A stretch of DNA of 32,000 nt from Methanocaldococcus jannaschii DSM 2661 (GCF_000091665.1 NC_000909.1:1606838-1638837), one strand, 5' to 3'. Counted from the first letter of the stretch, positions 16,675 through 26,652 are shown. Translations and numbers: made by a program. Notes: generated from the sequence alone by a model not told the origin.

Positions 16675-19600
16675 ATCATTTAAAAAATTATCTTTAGATA
16701 TTCCAAAGGGATTTACAGCCATAGTTGGGCCTAATGGTAGTGGAAAATCTAACATAGTCGATGCTATATTATTTGTGCTTGGAAAAACCTCTGCTAAAAA
16801 ATTGAGAGCAAATAGATTCAGCGGTTTGATAACCTACCACAACGGAAAGAGGGCAGATTTTGCTGAAGTTTGTTTATATTTTACAAATGAGAATAATGCC
16901 TTCAATGTTAATGCTGATAAAGTAGGAATTTTAAGAAGGATAAAGAGTAGTGGAGAGACAGACTATTATTTAGTTTGGAAAGAGAACGATAAGGAGAAGA
17001 GAAAGAAGATGACTAAGCATGAAATTATTGATTTATTTAGAAGATTGGGGCTTTTAGGAGATAATGTTATTTCACAAGGAGATTTGTTGAAAATTATCAA
17101 TATCTCACCAATTGAGAGAAGAAAGATTATCGATGAGATTAGTGGAATAGCAGAGTTTGATGAAAAAAAGAAGAAGGCAGAGGAGGAGTTAAAAAAAGCC
17201 AGAGAGTTAATTGAGATGATTGATATAAGGATTAGTGAGGTTGAAAACAATTTAAAGAAGCTTAAAAAAGAGAAAGAAGATGCAGAAAAATATATAAAAT
17301 TAAATGAAGAGCTAAAAGCTGCTAAGTATGCTTTGATATTAAAAAAAGTTAGCTACCTAAATGTTCTTTTAGAGAACATCCAAAATGACATTAAAAATTT
17401 GGAAGAGCTTAAAAATGAATTTTTAAGCAAGGTTAGAGAAATTGATGTAGAGATTGAGAATTTAAAGCTTAGATTAAACAACATCATAAATGAACTCAAC
17501 GAGAAGGGCAATGAAGAAGTTTTAGAGCTTCATAAATCAATTAAAGAGCTTGAAGTAGAGATTGAGAACGATAAGAAGGTTTTAGATAGCTCAATAAATG
17601 AGCTAAAAAAGGTTGAAGTTGAAATTGAAAATAAGAAGAAGGAGATTAAAGAAACTCAAAAGAAGATTATTGAAAATAGAGACAGCATTATTGAGAAAGA
17701 ACAGCAGATAAAAGAAATTGAAGAGAAAATCAAGAATCTCAACTATGAAAAAGAGAGATTAAAAGAGGCTATTGCTGAAAGCGAGAGCATCATCAAACAC
17801 TTAAAAGAATCTGAGATGGAGATAGCTGATGAAATAGCTAAAAACCAGAACGAACTCTATAGGCTAAAAAAAGAATTAAATGATTTAGATAATTTGATAA
17901 ACAGAAAGAATTTTGAAATTGAAAAAAACAATGAGATGATTAAAAAGTTAAAGGAGGAACTTGAAACTGTTGAAGACGTTGATACTAAGCCATTGTATTT
18001 AGAGCTTGAAAATTTAAACGTTGAGATTGAGTTTTCAAAGAGGGGGATTAAAGAACTTGAGGAAAAAAAGAAAGAACTACAAGCTAAATTGGATGAGTTA
18101 CATGCTGAGTATGTTAAAGAGAATGCAAGAATCAAGGCTTTAAAGGAGATGGAAGAGCTATCTATGGATAGGGCAATTAGAGAGATATTGAATGCCAACT
18201 TACCGGGAATTATCGACATTGTTGGTAATTTAGGAAAGACAAAAATTGAGTATAAAACAGCTATAGAAGTAGCAGCTGGAAATAGGCTGAATCATATAGT
18301 TGTTAAGAGAATGGATGATGCAGTTAGAGCTATAAAGTATTTAAAAGAGAGAAAGCTTGGAAGAGCCACGTTTTTGCCATTGGATAGAATTGAGGGCAGA
18401 GAGGCGTATTATATTGATGAAGATGGAGTTATTGGTAGAGCTATTGATTTAGTGGAGTTTGATGAAAAATATAGGAGAGTTTTTGAGTATGTGTTTGGAA
18501 ACACTGTAGTTGTTGAAAATATTGATATAGCTAAGGAGTTGGCTAAAAAATACAGAAAGGTGAGGTTTGTAACATTAGATGGAGATGTTATAGAGCCGAG
18601 TGGGGCGATGATTGGAGGGACTTTTAAAAGTAAGGCAAAGATAAAGGTTGATGTTGATTTAAGTAAGCTGAATAAGATAGCTGATGAAATTATAGCCATT
18701 GAGAGTGAGTTGAGGAAGATAAAAGAAGAAATTGAGAGATTAAGTAAGATAGTAAAGAGAAGTTCTGCCAAAAAAATGGAGATTGAAAATACATTAGAGA
18801 TAATTAAAAAGAATGAAATGAGGAAGAGAGAGATTGCTGAAAAGAACACTATAAAGATAAAAGAGTTGGAGTTGAAAAATAAAGATATTTTAGAGGAGTT
18901 GGAGGAGTTGAATCTTAAGAGGGAGGAGATTTTAAATAGGATTAATGAAATTGAGAGTAAAATAAATGAGTTGATTGAAAGAAGGGAGAAGATAATTAAT
19001 GAGCTGAAGGAGTATGAAAGTGATGAAAACTTAAAGAGAATGAACGAAATTGAAGGGGAATTAAAGATTTTAGAGAAAGAGAAAGCCAAATTAAAAAATG
19101 AGATTGATAAAGGGCTTACTTTAGTTAAAGAGATATTAATTCCAAAGATTGAGGAACTGAATAAGAAAGTCTCTGAGCTAATAAATAAAAAAGTCATATT
19201 GGAGAAGAATATATCGTTCTATAAAGAGAGTATTGAAAAAAATCTATCTATATTGGAGGAGAAGAGGAAGAGATATGAGGAATTAGCTAAAAACCTAAAA
19301 GAGCTGACCGAAAAAAAGGAACAGCTTGAGAAAGAGATAGAAACCTTAGAAAGAGAGAGAAGAGAGATATTAAGGAAAGTTAGAGACATTGAAAACAGAA
19401 TAAACGAACTCATGGTTGAAAAGGCGAAGTATGAAAGTAAGTTGGAGGAAGAGGAGAGAAAGCTTTATCTATGCGAAAAAGTTGATGTAAGTAAAGAGTT
19501 GGAGAAAAAAGACATTGAAGAACTTGAGATATATATAGGAGAGCTTGAGAATGAGATAAAAAGCTTAGAACCAGTTAATATGAGGGCTATTGAAGACTAT

Positions 19601-20146
19601 AACTATGTGGCAGAGAGATACAAGGAGTTGATAGAAAAAAGAAAAGAGTATGAGAGAGATGAGAAAAAATATCTCCAATTGATGGAAGAGCTTGAAAATA
19701 AAAAGAAAGAAGTCTTTATGGAGGTTTTTAACAAGGTAGCTAAGAACTTTGAGGAAGTATATAAGGAGATTGGAGGTATTGGGAAGCTGAGCTTAGAGAA
19801 TGAGAAGAATCCATTTGAAGGAGGGATTTTGATAGATGCATCTCCAAGAGGCAAAAAGCTTTTAAGCTTAGATGCTATGAGTGGGGGAGAAAAATCATTA
19901 ACAGCTTTAGCATTTTTATTTGCTATTCAAAGGCTAAATCCTTCGCCATTCTATGTATTGGATGAAGTTGATGCCGCTTTAGATGTAAAAAACGTCTCTT
20001 TAATTGCTGATATGATTAAAAACGCCTCTAAAGACAGCCAATTTATAGTTATAAGCCATAGAGAACAGATGGTTAGTAAGGCAGATGTTGTTTATGGTGT
20101 TTATATGGAAAACGGTTTAAGTAAAGTTGTTGGTATTAGATTATAA
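16637..20146 (+). CDS. smc: structural maintenance of chromosomes protein SMC
   Basis: Starting at ATG 16637 gives MVTLEKIELKNFKSF.. (1169 aa). Walker A GPNGSGKSN, long K/E-rich coiled coils, hinge region, signature LSGGEKSLTALA, Walker B FYVLDEVDAALD. Confidence 0.93.
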   Translation: MVTLEKIELKNFKSFKKLSLDIPKGFTAIVGPNGSGKSNIVDAILFVLGKTSAKKLRANRFSGLITYHNGKRADFAEVCLYFTNENNAFNVNADKVGILRRIKSSGETDYYLVWKENDKEKRKKMTKHEIIDLFRRLGLLGDNVISQGDLLKIINISPIERRKIIDEISGIAEFDEKKKKAEEELKKARELIEMIDIRISEVENNLKKLKKEKEDAEKYIKLNEELKAAKYALILKKVSYLNVLLENIQNDIKNLEELKNEFLSKVREIDVEIENLKLRLNNIINELNEKGNEEVLELHKSIKELEVEIENDKKVLDSSINELKKVEVEIENKKKEIKETQKKIIENRDSIIEKEQQIKEIEEKIKNLNYEKERLKEAIAESESIIKHLKESEMEIADEIAKNQNELYRLKKELNDLDNLINRKNFEIEKNNEMIKKLKEELETVEDVDTKPLYLELENLNVEIEFSKRGIKELEEKKKELQAKLDELHAEYVKENARIKALKEMEELSMDRAIREILNANLPGIIDIVGNLGKTKIEYKTAIEVAAGNRLNHIVVKRMDDAVRAIKYLKERKLGRATFLPLDRIEGREAYYIDEDGVIGRAIDLVEFDEKYRRVFEYVFGNTVVVENIDIAKELAKKYRKVRFVTLDGDVIEPSGAMIGGTFKSKAKIKVDVDLSKLNKIADEIIAIESELRKIKEEIERLSKIVKRSSAKKMEIENTLEIIKKNEMRKREIAEKNTIKIKELELKNKDILEELEELNLKREEILNRINEIESKINELIERREKIINELKEYESDENLKRMNEIEGELKILEKEKAKLKNEIDKGLTLVKEILIPKIEELNKKVSELINKKVILEKNISFYKESIEKNLSILEEKRKRYEELAKNLKELTEKKEQLEKEIETLERERREILRKVRDIENRINELMVEKAKYESKLEEEERKLYLCEKVDVSKELEKKDIEELEIYIGELENEIKSLEPVNMRAIEDYNYVAERYKELIEKRKEYERDEKKYLQLMEELENKKKEVFMEVFNKVAKNFEEVYKEIGGIGKLSLENEKNPFEGGILIDASPRGKKLLSLDAMSGGEKSLTALAFLFAIQRLNPSPFYVLDEVDAALDVKNVSLIADMIKNASKDSQFIVISHREQMVSKADVVYGVYMENGLSKVVGIRL

Positions 20147-20158
20147 GGTTTAAGAGGC

Positions 20159-20221
20159 ACTGCCAAGCGTTAGCGAGGCAGTGCATCCCGGATATTCCAA
20201 TAGGGCAGAGCCCTATGGTGT
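20159..20221. repeat. GC-rich two-hairpin element (copy D; same subfamily as copy F, opposite orientation)
   Basis: GCACTGCC-aagcgttagcga-GGCAGTGC (20157-20184) and ATAGGGC-aga-GCCCTAT (20200-20216). The reverse complement of 20188-20218 matches 30158-30188 at 26/31 positions (hand alignment). Confidence 0.75.
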
Positions 20222-20272
20222 GAAAATGGATTAAGTAAAGTTGTAGGGATTAGATTATAGATTCTAAGAGGC
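20222..20272 (+). repeat. duplicated copy of the smc 3' end (last 12 codons + stop + 12 nt)
   Basis: 43/51 identical to 20108-20158 at an offset of 114 nt. It translates to ENGLSKVVGIRL-stop, identical to the SMC C-terminus. Confidence 0.85.
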
Positions 20273-20302
20273 TTATTTTTAGTTTATTTTTAGGTGATTA
20301 AA

Positions 20303-20827
20303 ATGGAATTAAAAGAAGCTAAATATTTAGGAGGTATTGGGGCGGTATTAAATTTAGTTTCTTATGCAGTTGGGGGAATTTTAGCTATTGCTGGATATGT
20401 TTTAATACTGCTGGCATTAAATAAGATTTCAAAGATTTTTAATGATGATGAGGTGTTTAAAAAATATTTATATGGTGTTGTTTTATGGATAATAGCTGTA
20501 TTAATTGTAATTTTTGCAGTAGGAATTTCTTTTGTATCTCTTTCATTTATCCCACTAGATTATGGACTAACGGCAATGTCATCTTTTTTAGTTGGTGTTA
20601 TTTTGTTTTATATCCTTTCAGTTATTGGAGGTTACTTTATAAAGAAAAGTTATGAAAAGGTTTCATATTACACTGGTGTTGATTCATTTAGAATTTGTGG
20701 ATTGCTGTATTTTATTGGAACACTACTTTTAATAGTGATTGTTGGGATTATTGTAATAATTGTTGCCCAAATTTTAGAGATTGTTGCATATTTCTCTTTA
20801 CCTGATGATTTAAAAAGTGAGAATTAA
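20303..20827 (+). CDS. multi-pass membrane protein (DUF996-like)
   Basis: AGGTGA (20292-20297) lies 5 nt before ATG 20303. There are four or more hydrophobic segments. The N-terminal motif AKYLGGIGAVLNLV resembles DUF996 (from memory). Confidence 0.65.
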   Translation: MELKEAKYLGGIGAVLNLVSYAVGGILAIAGYVLILLALNKISKIFNDDEVFKKYLYGVVLWIIAVLIVIFAVGISFVSLSFIPLDYGLTAMSSFLVGVILFYILSVIGGYFIKKSYEKVSYYTGVDSFRICGLLYFIGTLLLIVIVGIIVIIVAQILEIVAYFSLPDDLKSEN

Positions 20828-20842
20828 ATAAAATGGGGTAAG

Positions 20843-21574
20843 ATGATAAGGGAAATTTTTAACTCAATAATGGGAGAAGGAAAATATATAGGGAGAAGGT
20901 TTATATTTGTGAGATTTGCTGGATGTCCATTAAACTGTGTTTATTGCGATGAAGAGAGCAAAGGATATTTTAATAGAGTGGAAAAAATCCCTGGAAGTGG
21001 AGAATTTGAAACTCTGCAAAAGATGGAGATTGAAGACATAATAAACGCTATAGATAAGCTAAAAACACCAGATTTGTTTGCAGTATCTTTTACAGGAGGA
21101 GAGCCATTACTCTACCATAAACAAATAAAAGAAATCGCTGAAATTTTAAAAGATAAAGGATACAGAACTTTCTTAGAGAGCAATGGGATGTTTCCAGAGA
21201 GAATTTTTTATTTTGATATCGCATCCATTGATATAAAGTTGAAAGAGCATTTTGAGTATATAAAAGATGAAGATTATGAAAAACTCTATAAAAATGAGCT
21301 TAAAACAATAAAAAAGCTGTATAATTTAAATTCTGATATTTATGCAAAGGTTGTTATAATGGAAGAGACAAATATAGAGGATGTAAAAATAATAGCAAAG
21401 GATTTGAGTGATATAGGAAATATAACTTTATGCATTCAACCAGTAACCCCCCATGGAAATATAAAATCTCCTTCTCAAAGGAAATTGTTTGAAATTATGG
21501 AAGCATGTGGAGAGTATTTGAAAGATAATGTTATGCTAACAATACAAATGCATAAGTATTTGGGGATGTTATAA
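20843..21574 (+). CDS. queE: 7-carboxy-7-deazaguanine synthase (radical SAM, archaeosine/queuosine precursor pathway)
   Basis: Radical-SAM cluster FAGCPLNCVYCD and FTGGEPLL. The overall sequence matches what I recall for archaeal QueE. Confidence 0.75.
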   Translation: MIREIFNSIMGEGKYIGRRFIFVRFAGCPLNCVYCDEESKGYFNRVEKIPGSGEFETLQKMEIEDIINAIDKLKTPDLFAVSFTGGEPLLYHKQIKEIAEILKDKGYRTFLESNGMFPERIFYFDIASIDIKLKEHFEYIKDEDYEKLYKNELKTIKKLYNLNSDIYAKVVIMEETNIEDVKIIAKDLSDIGNITLCIQPVTPHGNIKSPSQRKLFEIMEACGEYLKDNVMLTIQMHKYLGML

Positions 21575-21598
21575 CATATACTGTAAAATCATTATTGA

Positions 21599-22234
21599 AT
21601 GAGGGAGATTATGAATAAAGAATTATTAAAAAAGGTTATAGAGTTAAAAAGTAATGGACTTACAATTGGAGAGATTGCTGAGGAACTAAATGTATCAATG
21701 GAGACAGCAAGATATTTGGTTTTAAATGCTGAGAAATTGTTAAAAGAGGAGGAAAAAGCTATAAAGCTTGAAAATGTTGATATATTCATTGATTGGAAAA
21801 ATATTGGTAGCTCAGCAAATAGGTTAAAATACATTAGCTCAATAATAGTTGATATTTTAAAGAGCAGGAATATCGAATTCGATACCGTTGTTGGAGTCTC
21901 TACAAGTGGAGTTCCTATAGCTACTTTGGTAGCTTCCGAATTAGGTAAAGAATTAACTATCTACATACCAAAGAAGCATATATCTGAAGAAGGGAAAAAG
22001 ATAACTGGTTCAATATCACAAAACTTCTCAGCTGTAAATTACAAGAGAGCTGTTATCATAGATGATGTTGTAACAAGTGGAAGCACTTTAAAGGAGTGTA
22101 TAAAGCAGTTGAAAGAAGTATGCAGCCCAAAATTAGTAGTTGTATTGATAGATAAAAGTGGATTGGATGAGATTGAAGGCGTTCCTTTAATTCCATTGAT
22201 TAGAATAGGGGCTGTAAATGTAGAGCAAAAATAA
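21599..22234 (+). CDS. HTH domain fused to type-I phosphoribosyltransferase domain (PyrE-like protein; probable regulator)
   Basis: N-terminal HTH LKSNGLTIGEIAEELNVSMETARYLV. PRPP-binding loop AVIIDDVVTSGST. An alternative ATG is at 21611. Confidence 0.8.
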   Translation: MREIMNKELLKKVIELKSNGLTIGEIAEELNVSMETARYLVLNAEKLLKEEEKAIKLENVDIFIDWKNIGSSANRLKYISSIIVDILKSRNIEFDTVVGVSTSGVPIATLVASELGKELTIYIPKKHISEEGKKITGSISQNFSAVNYKRAVIIDDVVTSGSTLKECIKQLKEVCSPKLVVVLIDKSGLDEIEGVPLIPLIRIGAVNVEQK

Positions 22235-22299
22235 AATAAACATTTTATTATCTTTATTTTTATTATTTTTATTTCAAAAATTTTTGGAGGTATATATTT

Positions 22300-22590
22300 A
22301 TGTTACCAAAAGCTACAGTAAAGAGGATTATGAAACAACACACAGACTTTAACATCTCTGCAGAGGCGGTTGATGAACTCTGTAATATGCTTGAAGAAAT
22401 TATAAAGATAACAACTGAAGTTGCAGAGCAAAATGCAAGAAAGGAAGGGAGAAAAACAATTAAAGCAAGAGATATTAAACAGTGTGATGATGAAAGATTA
22501 AAGAGAAAGATTATGGAACTTAGTGAAAGAACTGATAAGATGCCAATATTAATTAAAGAGATGTTGAATGTAATAACATCTGAATTATAG
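22300..22590 (+). CDS. archaeal histone with C-terminal extension
   Basis: Histone fold LPKATVKRIMKQ...ISAEAVDELCNMLEEIIKITTEVAEQNARKEGRKTIKARDI plus a roughly 30-aa tail. SD GGAGGT at 22286-22291. Confidence 0.88.
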   Translation: MLPKATVKRIMKQHTDFNISAEAVDELCNMLEEIIKITTEVAEQNARKEGRKTIKARDIKQCDDERLKRKIMELSERTDKMPILIKEMLNVITSEL

Positions 22591-22700
22591 TTCTTTTCAA
22601 AAGTGAATAAAATTTATTAAGGAAGTTTGAACTCCTTCCATTAGGAAGGAGTTCATCAGTGCCTTAGTTATTACAAAATATTTTGAAAAGAACTATAGAT
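22581..22700. repeat. long palindromic element (copy E; MITE/MJRE-like)
   Basis: Perfect 17-nt inverted termini TATAGTTCTTTTCAAAA (22586-22602) / TTTTGAAAAGAACTATA (22681-22697). Central hairpin TGAACTCCTTCC-atta-GGAAGGAGTTCA (22628-22655). A 10-nt direct repeat TAATAACATC is at 22571-22580 and 22701-22710. Confidence 0.75.
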
Positions 22701-22733
22701 TAATAACATCAGGATTAGTAACAAGGGGAGAGC

Positions 22734-23426
22734 ATGAAGATAGCAGTGACAAAATTCTTAGGGACTAATTGTGATTTAGATGTATGTCATGCAGTTAAAT
22801 TAGCTGGTGGAGAGCCAGAACTTGTTTTCTTTACTCAAGAAAATTTAGATAGCTATAAAGGAGCAGTTATTCCAGGAGGATTTTCCTATGGGGATTATTT
22901 AAGAGCAGGAGCAATTAGTGCAAGAACTCCTATAATTAAAGGTCTAAAAAAGATGGTTGAAGAAGGAAAGCCAGTTTTAGGAATATGTAATGGTGCTCAA
23001 ATTGGTTTAGAGGCGGGATTTTCAAAAGGAACTTTGACAAACAACTTAAATGCAAAATTTATCTGTAAATGGGTTTATATTAGGGTTGAAAATAACAAAA
23101 CACCATTCACTCAATATTATAAAAAAGGAGAGGTTTTAAAAATTCCTATCGCCCATGCTGAGGGAAGATTCTATGCAGATGATGAGACTTTAGATTATAT
23201 GTATAAAAATAACATGATTGTCTTTAAATACTGTGATGAAACTGGTGAAGTAACTGAAGAAGCAAATCCAAATGGTTCTATTGATAATATAGCTGGAGTT
23301 TGCAATGAAAATCAAAACTGCGTTTTATTAATGCCACACCCAGAGAGAGCAAGTGAAAAGATTCTTGGTTCAGATGATGGGTTGAAAATGTTTAAGGGCA
23401 TGATAGATTATGCTAAGAGGATTTAA
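22734..23426 (+). CDS. purQ: phosphoribosylformylglycinamidine synthase, glutaminase subunit
   Basis: Class-I amidotransferase nucleophile in LGICNGAQ; His/Glu in LMPHPERA. 230 aa, with SD GGGGAG. Confidence 0.9.
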   Translation: MKIAVTKFLGTNCDLDVCHAVKLAGGEPELVFFTQENLDSYKGAVIPGGFSYGDYLRAGAISARTPIIKGLKKMVEEGKPVLGICNGAQIGLEAGFSKGTLTNNLNAKFICKWVYIRVENNKTPFTQYYKKGEVLKIPIAHAEGRFYADDETLDYMYKNNMIVFKYCDETGEVTEEANPNGSIDNIAGVCNENQNCVLLMPHPERASEKILGSDDGLKMFKGMIDYAKRI

Positions 23427-24580
23427 TTCTTAACATAAAAGAAAATACATTTTAAATACTCAAGATTTTTATTTCCTATAGATATTGGATGGTCTGGAGC
23501 TTGTCCTTTATAATCAATCATAATTAACTCTTTTTTTGCTCTAAAGGCAGAAGATATAACTGTTCTTTTAAACATTTCTTTATCTACATGGTGAGAGCAA
23601 GAGCAAGTGACAAATATTCTTTTAGCTAACTTTATCCCCAAATAATTTAAAGATGCATAAGCCCTTAGGGCATTTTTTATGTCATCCTCTGTCTGTGTAA
23701 AAGCTGGAGGGTCTAATATAACAACATCAAACTTCTCTTTATCCTCAATCATCTCTTTCATAACTTCAAAGGCATTCCCTTCAATAAACTCATATCTGTC
23801 CTTTGGAATATTGTTCAACTCTATGTTTTCTTCTGCCAATTTTAATGCCTTTTTGGACAAATCTACTCCTACAACTTCAGCTCCTCTTATCGCTGCATGA
23901 ACAGAGAAACCTCCAGTATAACAGCAGATATCTAAAACTCTATCTCCCTCTTTTATAAACTTCTCAAGATATAATCTATTCTCCCTCTGGTCTAAGAAAA
24001 AGCCTGTTTTATGCCCTCTAACATTCACTTTAAATTTAGCATCTCCTTCTTTAATAACTGTTTCAAATTTATTTTTATCTCCAAAGATTTTGTCCCTAAT
24101 TCTTTCCCCTTTCTTTCCTCTTTTGACATATATTGTTTCTAAGTCAGATAATTCAAATAAAATATCAACAATATCTTTTAAATACTCCTTTTCAATGAGC
24201 TTTGACATCAACTGCATAGCTCCGAGCTCGTTGTATTTATCAAATATTATTGTTGGTAACTCATCTCCTTCAGCATAAATCCATCTGTAAGTGTTTTTAT
24301 AATTTAAAATATTTTCTCTATAAATTTTAGCGTTAAATATTCTTTTGTAGAAGAAATCATAATCAATTTCTTCATCTTCAGTAGTTAAAATTTTTAAAAT
24401 TACTGATTTAGGGTTATATAAAGCCTTAGCAACAAATTTTCCATTATAAGTTAAAGTAACGATTTCCTCTTTTTTTGGTAAATCCCCTCTATTTTTTATG
24501 GCTTTTGTATAAACTAACCTTGAAAAATTTTTTATTGAATTGTAAGCCCTTCTGTCTATCTCTAATTTAATCAATATCAT
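23423..24580 (-). CDS. PUA-domain class I SAM-dependent (RlmI-like) RNA methyltransferase, paralogue 1
   Basis: SAM motif VLDICCYTGGFSVHAA, VILDPPAF, and the TCSCS catalytic-Cys region. I prefer ATG 24580 (MILIKLEI...) over the TTG 24586 used in the ORF track. The 3' end overlaps purQ by 4 nt. Confidence 0.85.
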   Translation of the reverse strand: MILIKLEIDRRAYNSIKNFSRLVYTKAIKNRGDLPKKEEIVTLTYNGKFVAKALYNPKSVILKILTTEDEEIDYDFFYKRIFNAKIYRENILNYKNTYRWIYAEGDELPTIIFDKYNELGAMQLMSKLIEKEYLKDIVDILFELSDLETIYVKRGKKGERIRDKIFGDKNKFETVIKEGDAKFKVNVRGHKTGFFLDQRENRLYLEKFIKEGDRVLDICCYTGGFSVHAAIRGAEVVGVDLSKKALKLAEENIELNNIPKDRYEFIEGNAFEVMKEMIEDKEKFDVVILDPPAFTQTEDDIKNALRAYASLNYLGIKLAKRIFVTCSCSHHVDKEMFKRTVISSAFRAKKELIMIDYKGQAPDHPISIGNKNLEYLKCIFFYVKN

Positions 24581-24588
24581 CACCAAAG

Positions 24589-25698
24589 TTATTGTTTATC
24601 TTTTCCCTCTATTTTATTTACCAAATAAGAAACCCCTTCTTTTTTAAATATCTTAACTTTATCACCCTCTTTAATCTTCACATCTCCAATGTTATCAAAT
24701 TCATAAACCTCATAACTTTTGTCATCCATAACCATAATGGTTGGAGTTGTAGCTATAACCGTTGCAGTGTCTAATTCATCCTTCTTTTTTGCCATTTTTG
24801 TTTCCTTCTCTGCTATATGCCAAGCTAATCCGATTTTTTCTCTTTTATAATCAATAGATTTCATATAAACCTTATCTTCAGTTATCGCAGTAACTAAGTA
24901 GTATTTATCTTTATACTCAACGACATCCCCAACTTTATATTCAGGAACCCTTACAGAAACAGTAACTCTATAAAGTTCTTTTCCACTATCTCTATCCACT
25001 CCAACTAATGTAGCAGTTTCAGTAATCTTTCCACCATATTTCTCTTTAATTCTTTGAGCTACATTCCTTGCAGCTCCAACTGAACCAAGCTGATAATCCA
25101 ATCCCTCTTTTTGTGGAATGAATTTTGCTATAAATGCCATTCTATCCTTCTTTAATCTTTTAGCCAACTCTTCTCTAACAAAGTTATCCAACTCCTCTCT
25201 CTCCTCTTCAGTTAAATATCTATTCATAGCCCTAACTTGTAAGGTTGCCTCATAATAGTTAGACATAAATCTTGAACATCTTGGACACTGAACCATCCTT
25301 AAATGCACTTCTATATCTTTCTCATAGGTTCTGTCTTCTTTCTCTCCCGGTAATCTTCCCCTGGCTACAATATGCACTGGAATAATTAACTTACTTCTCT
25401 TCCCTCCAGGAAGTTGGGTAACTTCAGGATAAATCTCTACTTCAACCATAACACTTTTCTTTTTAATAGCGTCTTTTGTTGCATAATAAGCAATTTCATT
25501 CAATATCTCAAATGCTTCTTCACTTTTTGGTGTTTGCCAAATTTTTCTTTTGTAAGAACCACACATATGACAAACTTCTATCTCAACTCTATCTGGAACT
25601 TCAATTAATGGATGCTCCTGAGCATAGCAAATTGGGCAGAGTCCATCTATAAGTTCATCTTCAGCTCCACATCTGTAGCAAATTCCCCTAATCTTCAT
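24589..25698 (-). CDS. NMD3-family (ribosomal large-subunit export factor homologue) zinc-ribbon protein
   Basis: Paired CxxC motifs (CYRCG..CPIC, CHMCG, CPRC) followed by a beta-rich C-terminal region. I prefer ATG 25698, which has GGTGAT upstream. Confidence 0.6.
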
Positions 25699-25784
25699 AA
25701 TATCACCAATAAAATTTATTATCCGTAAATTTACCATTATCATGTAGGTATAAAAATAAAATAAAATTCTTTCATGAAATACAT

Positions 25785-26564
25785 TTAATAAATAATCTCA
25801 ATCTCATCTAAATAATCAACATTCAATAACTTTGAGGCATTGTCCATAAACTTGGAGATTTCTAAAAATCCTTCACTATTTATTAAGCATATAAAGTTGT
25901 TCTTTTCCTCAAAATAGGACTTAACAAACTTACATTTTATAATCTTTTCAATGCCATTCTTATGCCTTATCTTTATCATTATGGTATCATAATATTTAAA
26001 TGTAACTTCATCCTTTTTTATGTTCGTTATTATATTTCCAAATCTGTCAATGTGTATAACTCTCTTTTTTGTTTCATCTATCTTAACCATCTCATCCAAT
26101 TCTTCCCCATCATAGCCATTATTGATTAAAATCTCAGCTCCTACAACAGCATAAACATCTCTTCCATGAAATGTTGAAGATGGTTTGTATCTTTCTTCAT
26201 CAATTTTAATAATCCTTTTTATCCCCAATTTTTCAGCTACGTAGGTAAATAATCCATTATCAGGCCCAACTAAATAATACCCACTTTTTGTTTCAATAAC
26301 GATGGATTTTCTCTCACTCCCAACCGTTGGGTCTATAACTGCAACATGAACTGAAGGAGGAAAGTATGGAATAGCTGTTAATAAAACATAAGCACCGTGA
26401 TATATATTAAATGGTTTTATTTCATGAGAGATGTCAATTATTTTTGCATCTTTATTATACTTTTTTAAAATATTTAGAATTCTACCTTTCATAGCTCCAA
26501 CATATCCCTCATTAGTTCCAAAGTCAGTTGTTAAGGTTATGATATCTAAAATATCATCCCTCAT
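25785..26564 (-). CDS. SAM hydroxide adenosyltransferase / DUF62 (fluorinase-chlorinase fold) protein
   Basis: N-terminal ITLTTDFG motif, then [10 protein letters not shown], and overall DUF62 likeness. ATG 26564 has GGGGA 5 nt upstream; the ORF-track start at 26576 is TTG. Confidence 0.75.
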
Positions 26565-26652
26565 ATAAATCCCCAAAAATATTTATTTACCACAACTACA
26601 ACTAATTACAAAGAAATCATATATAAATTATAATATATTCAGTTAGATACGC

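Noticed and set aside
16966-19854. Minus-strand ORFs inside smc (16966-17250, 17857-18219, 18409-19197, 19219-19413, 19603-19854).
   Set aside because: They mirror the GAA/AAA/GAG-rich coiled-coil codons (giving F/S/L-rich strings) and have no motifs. The smc frame is unambiguous.
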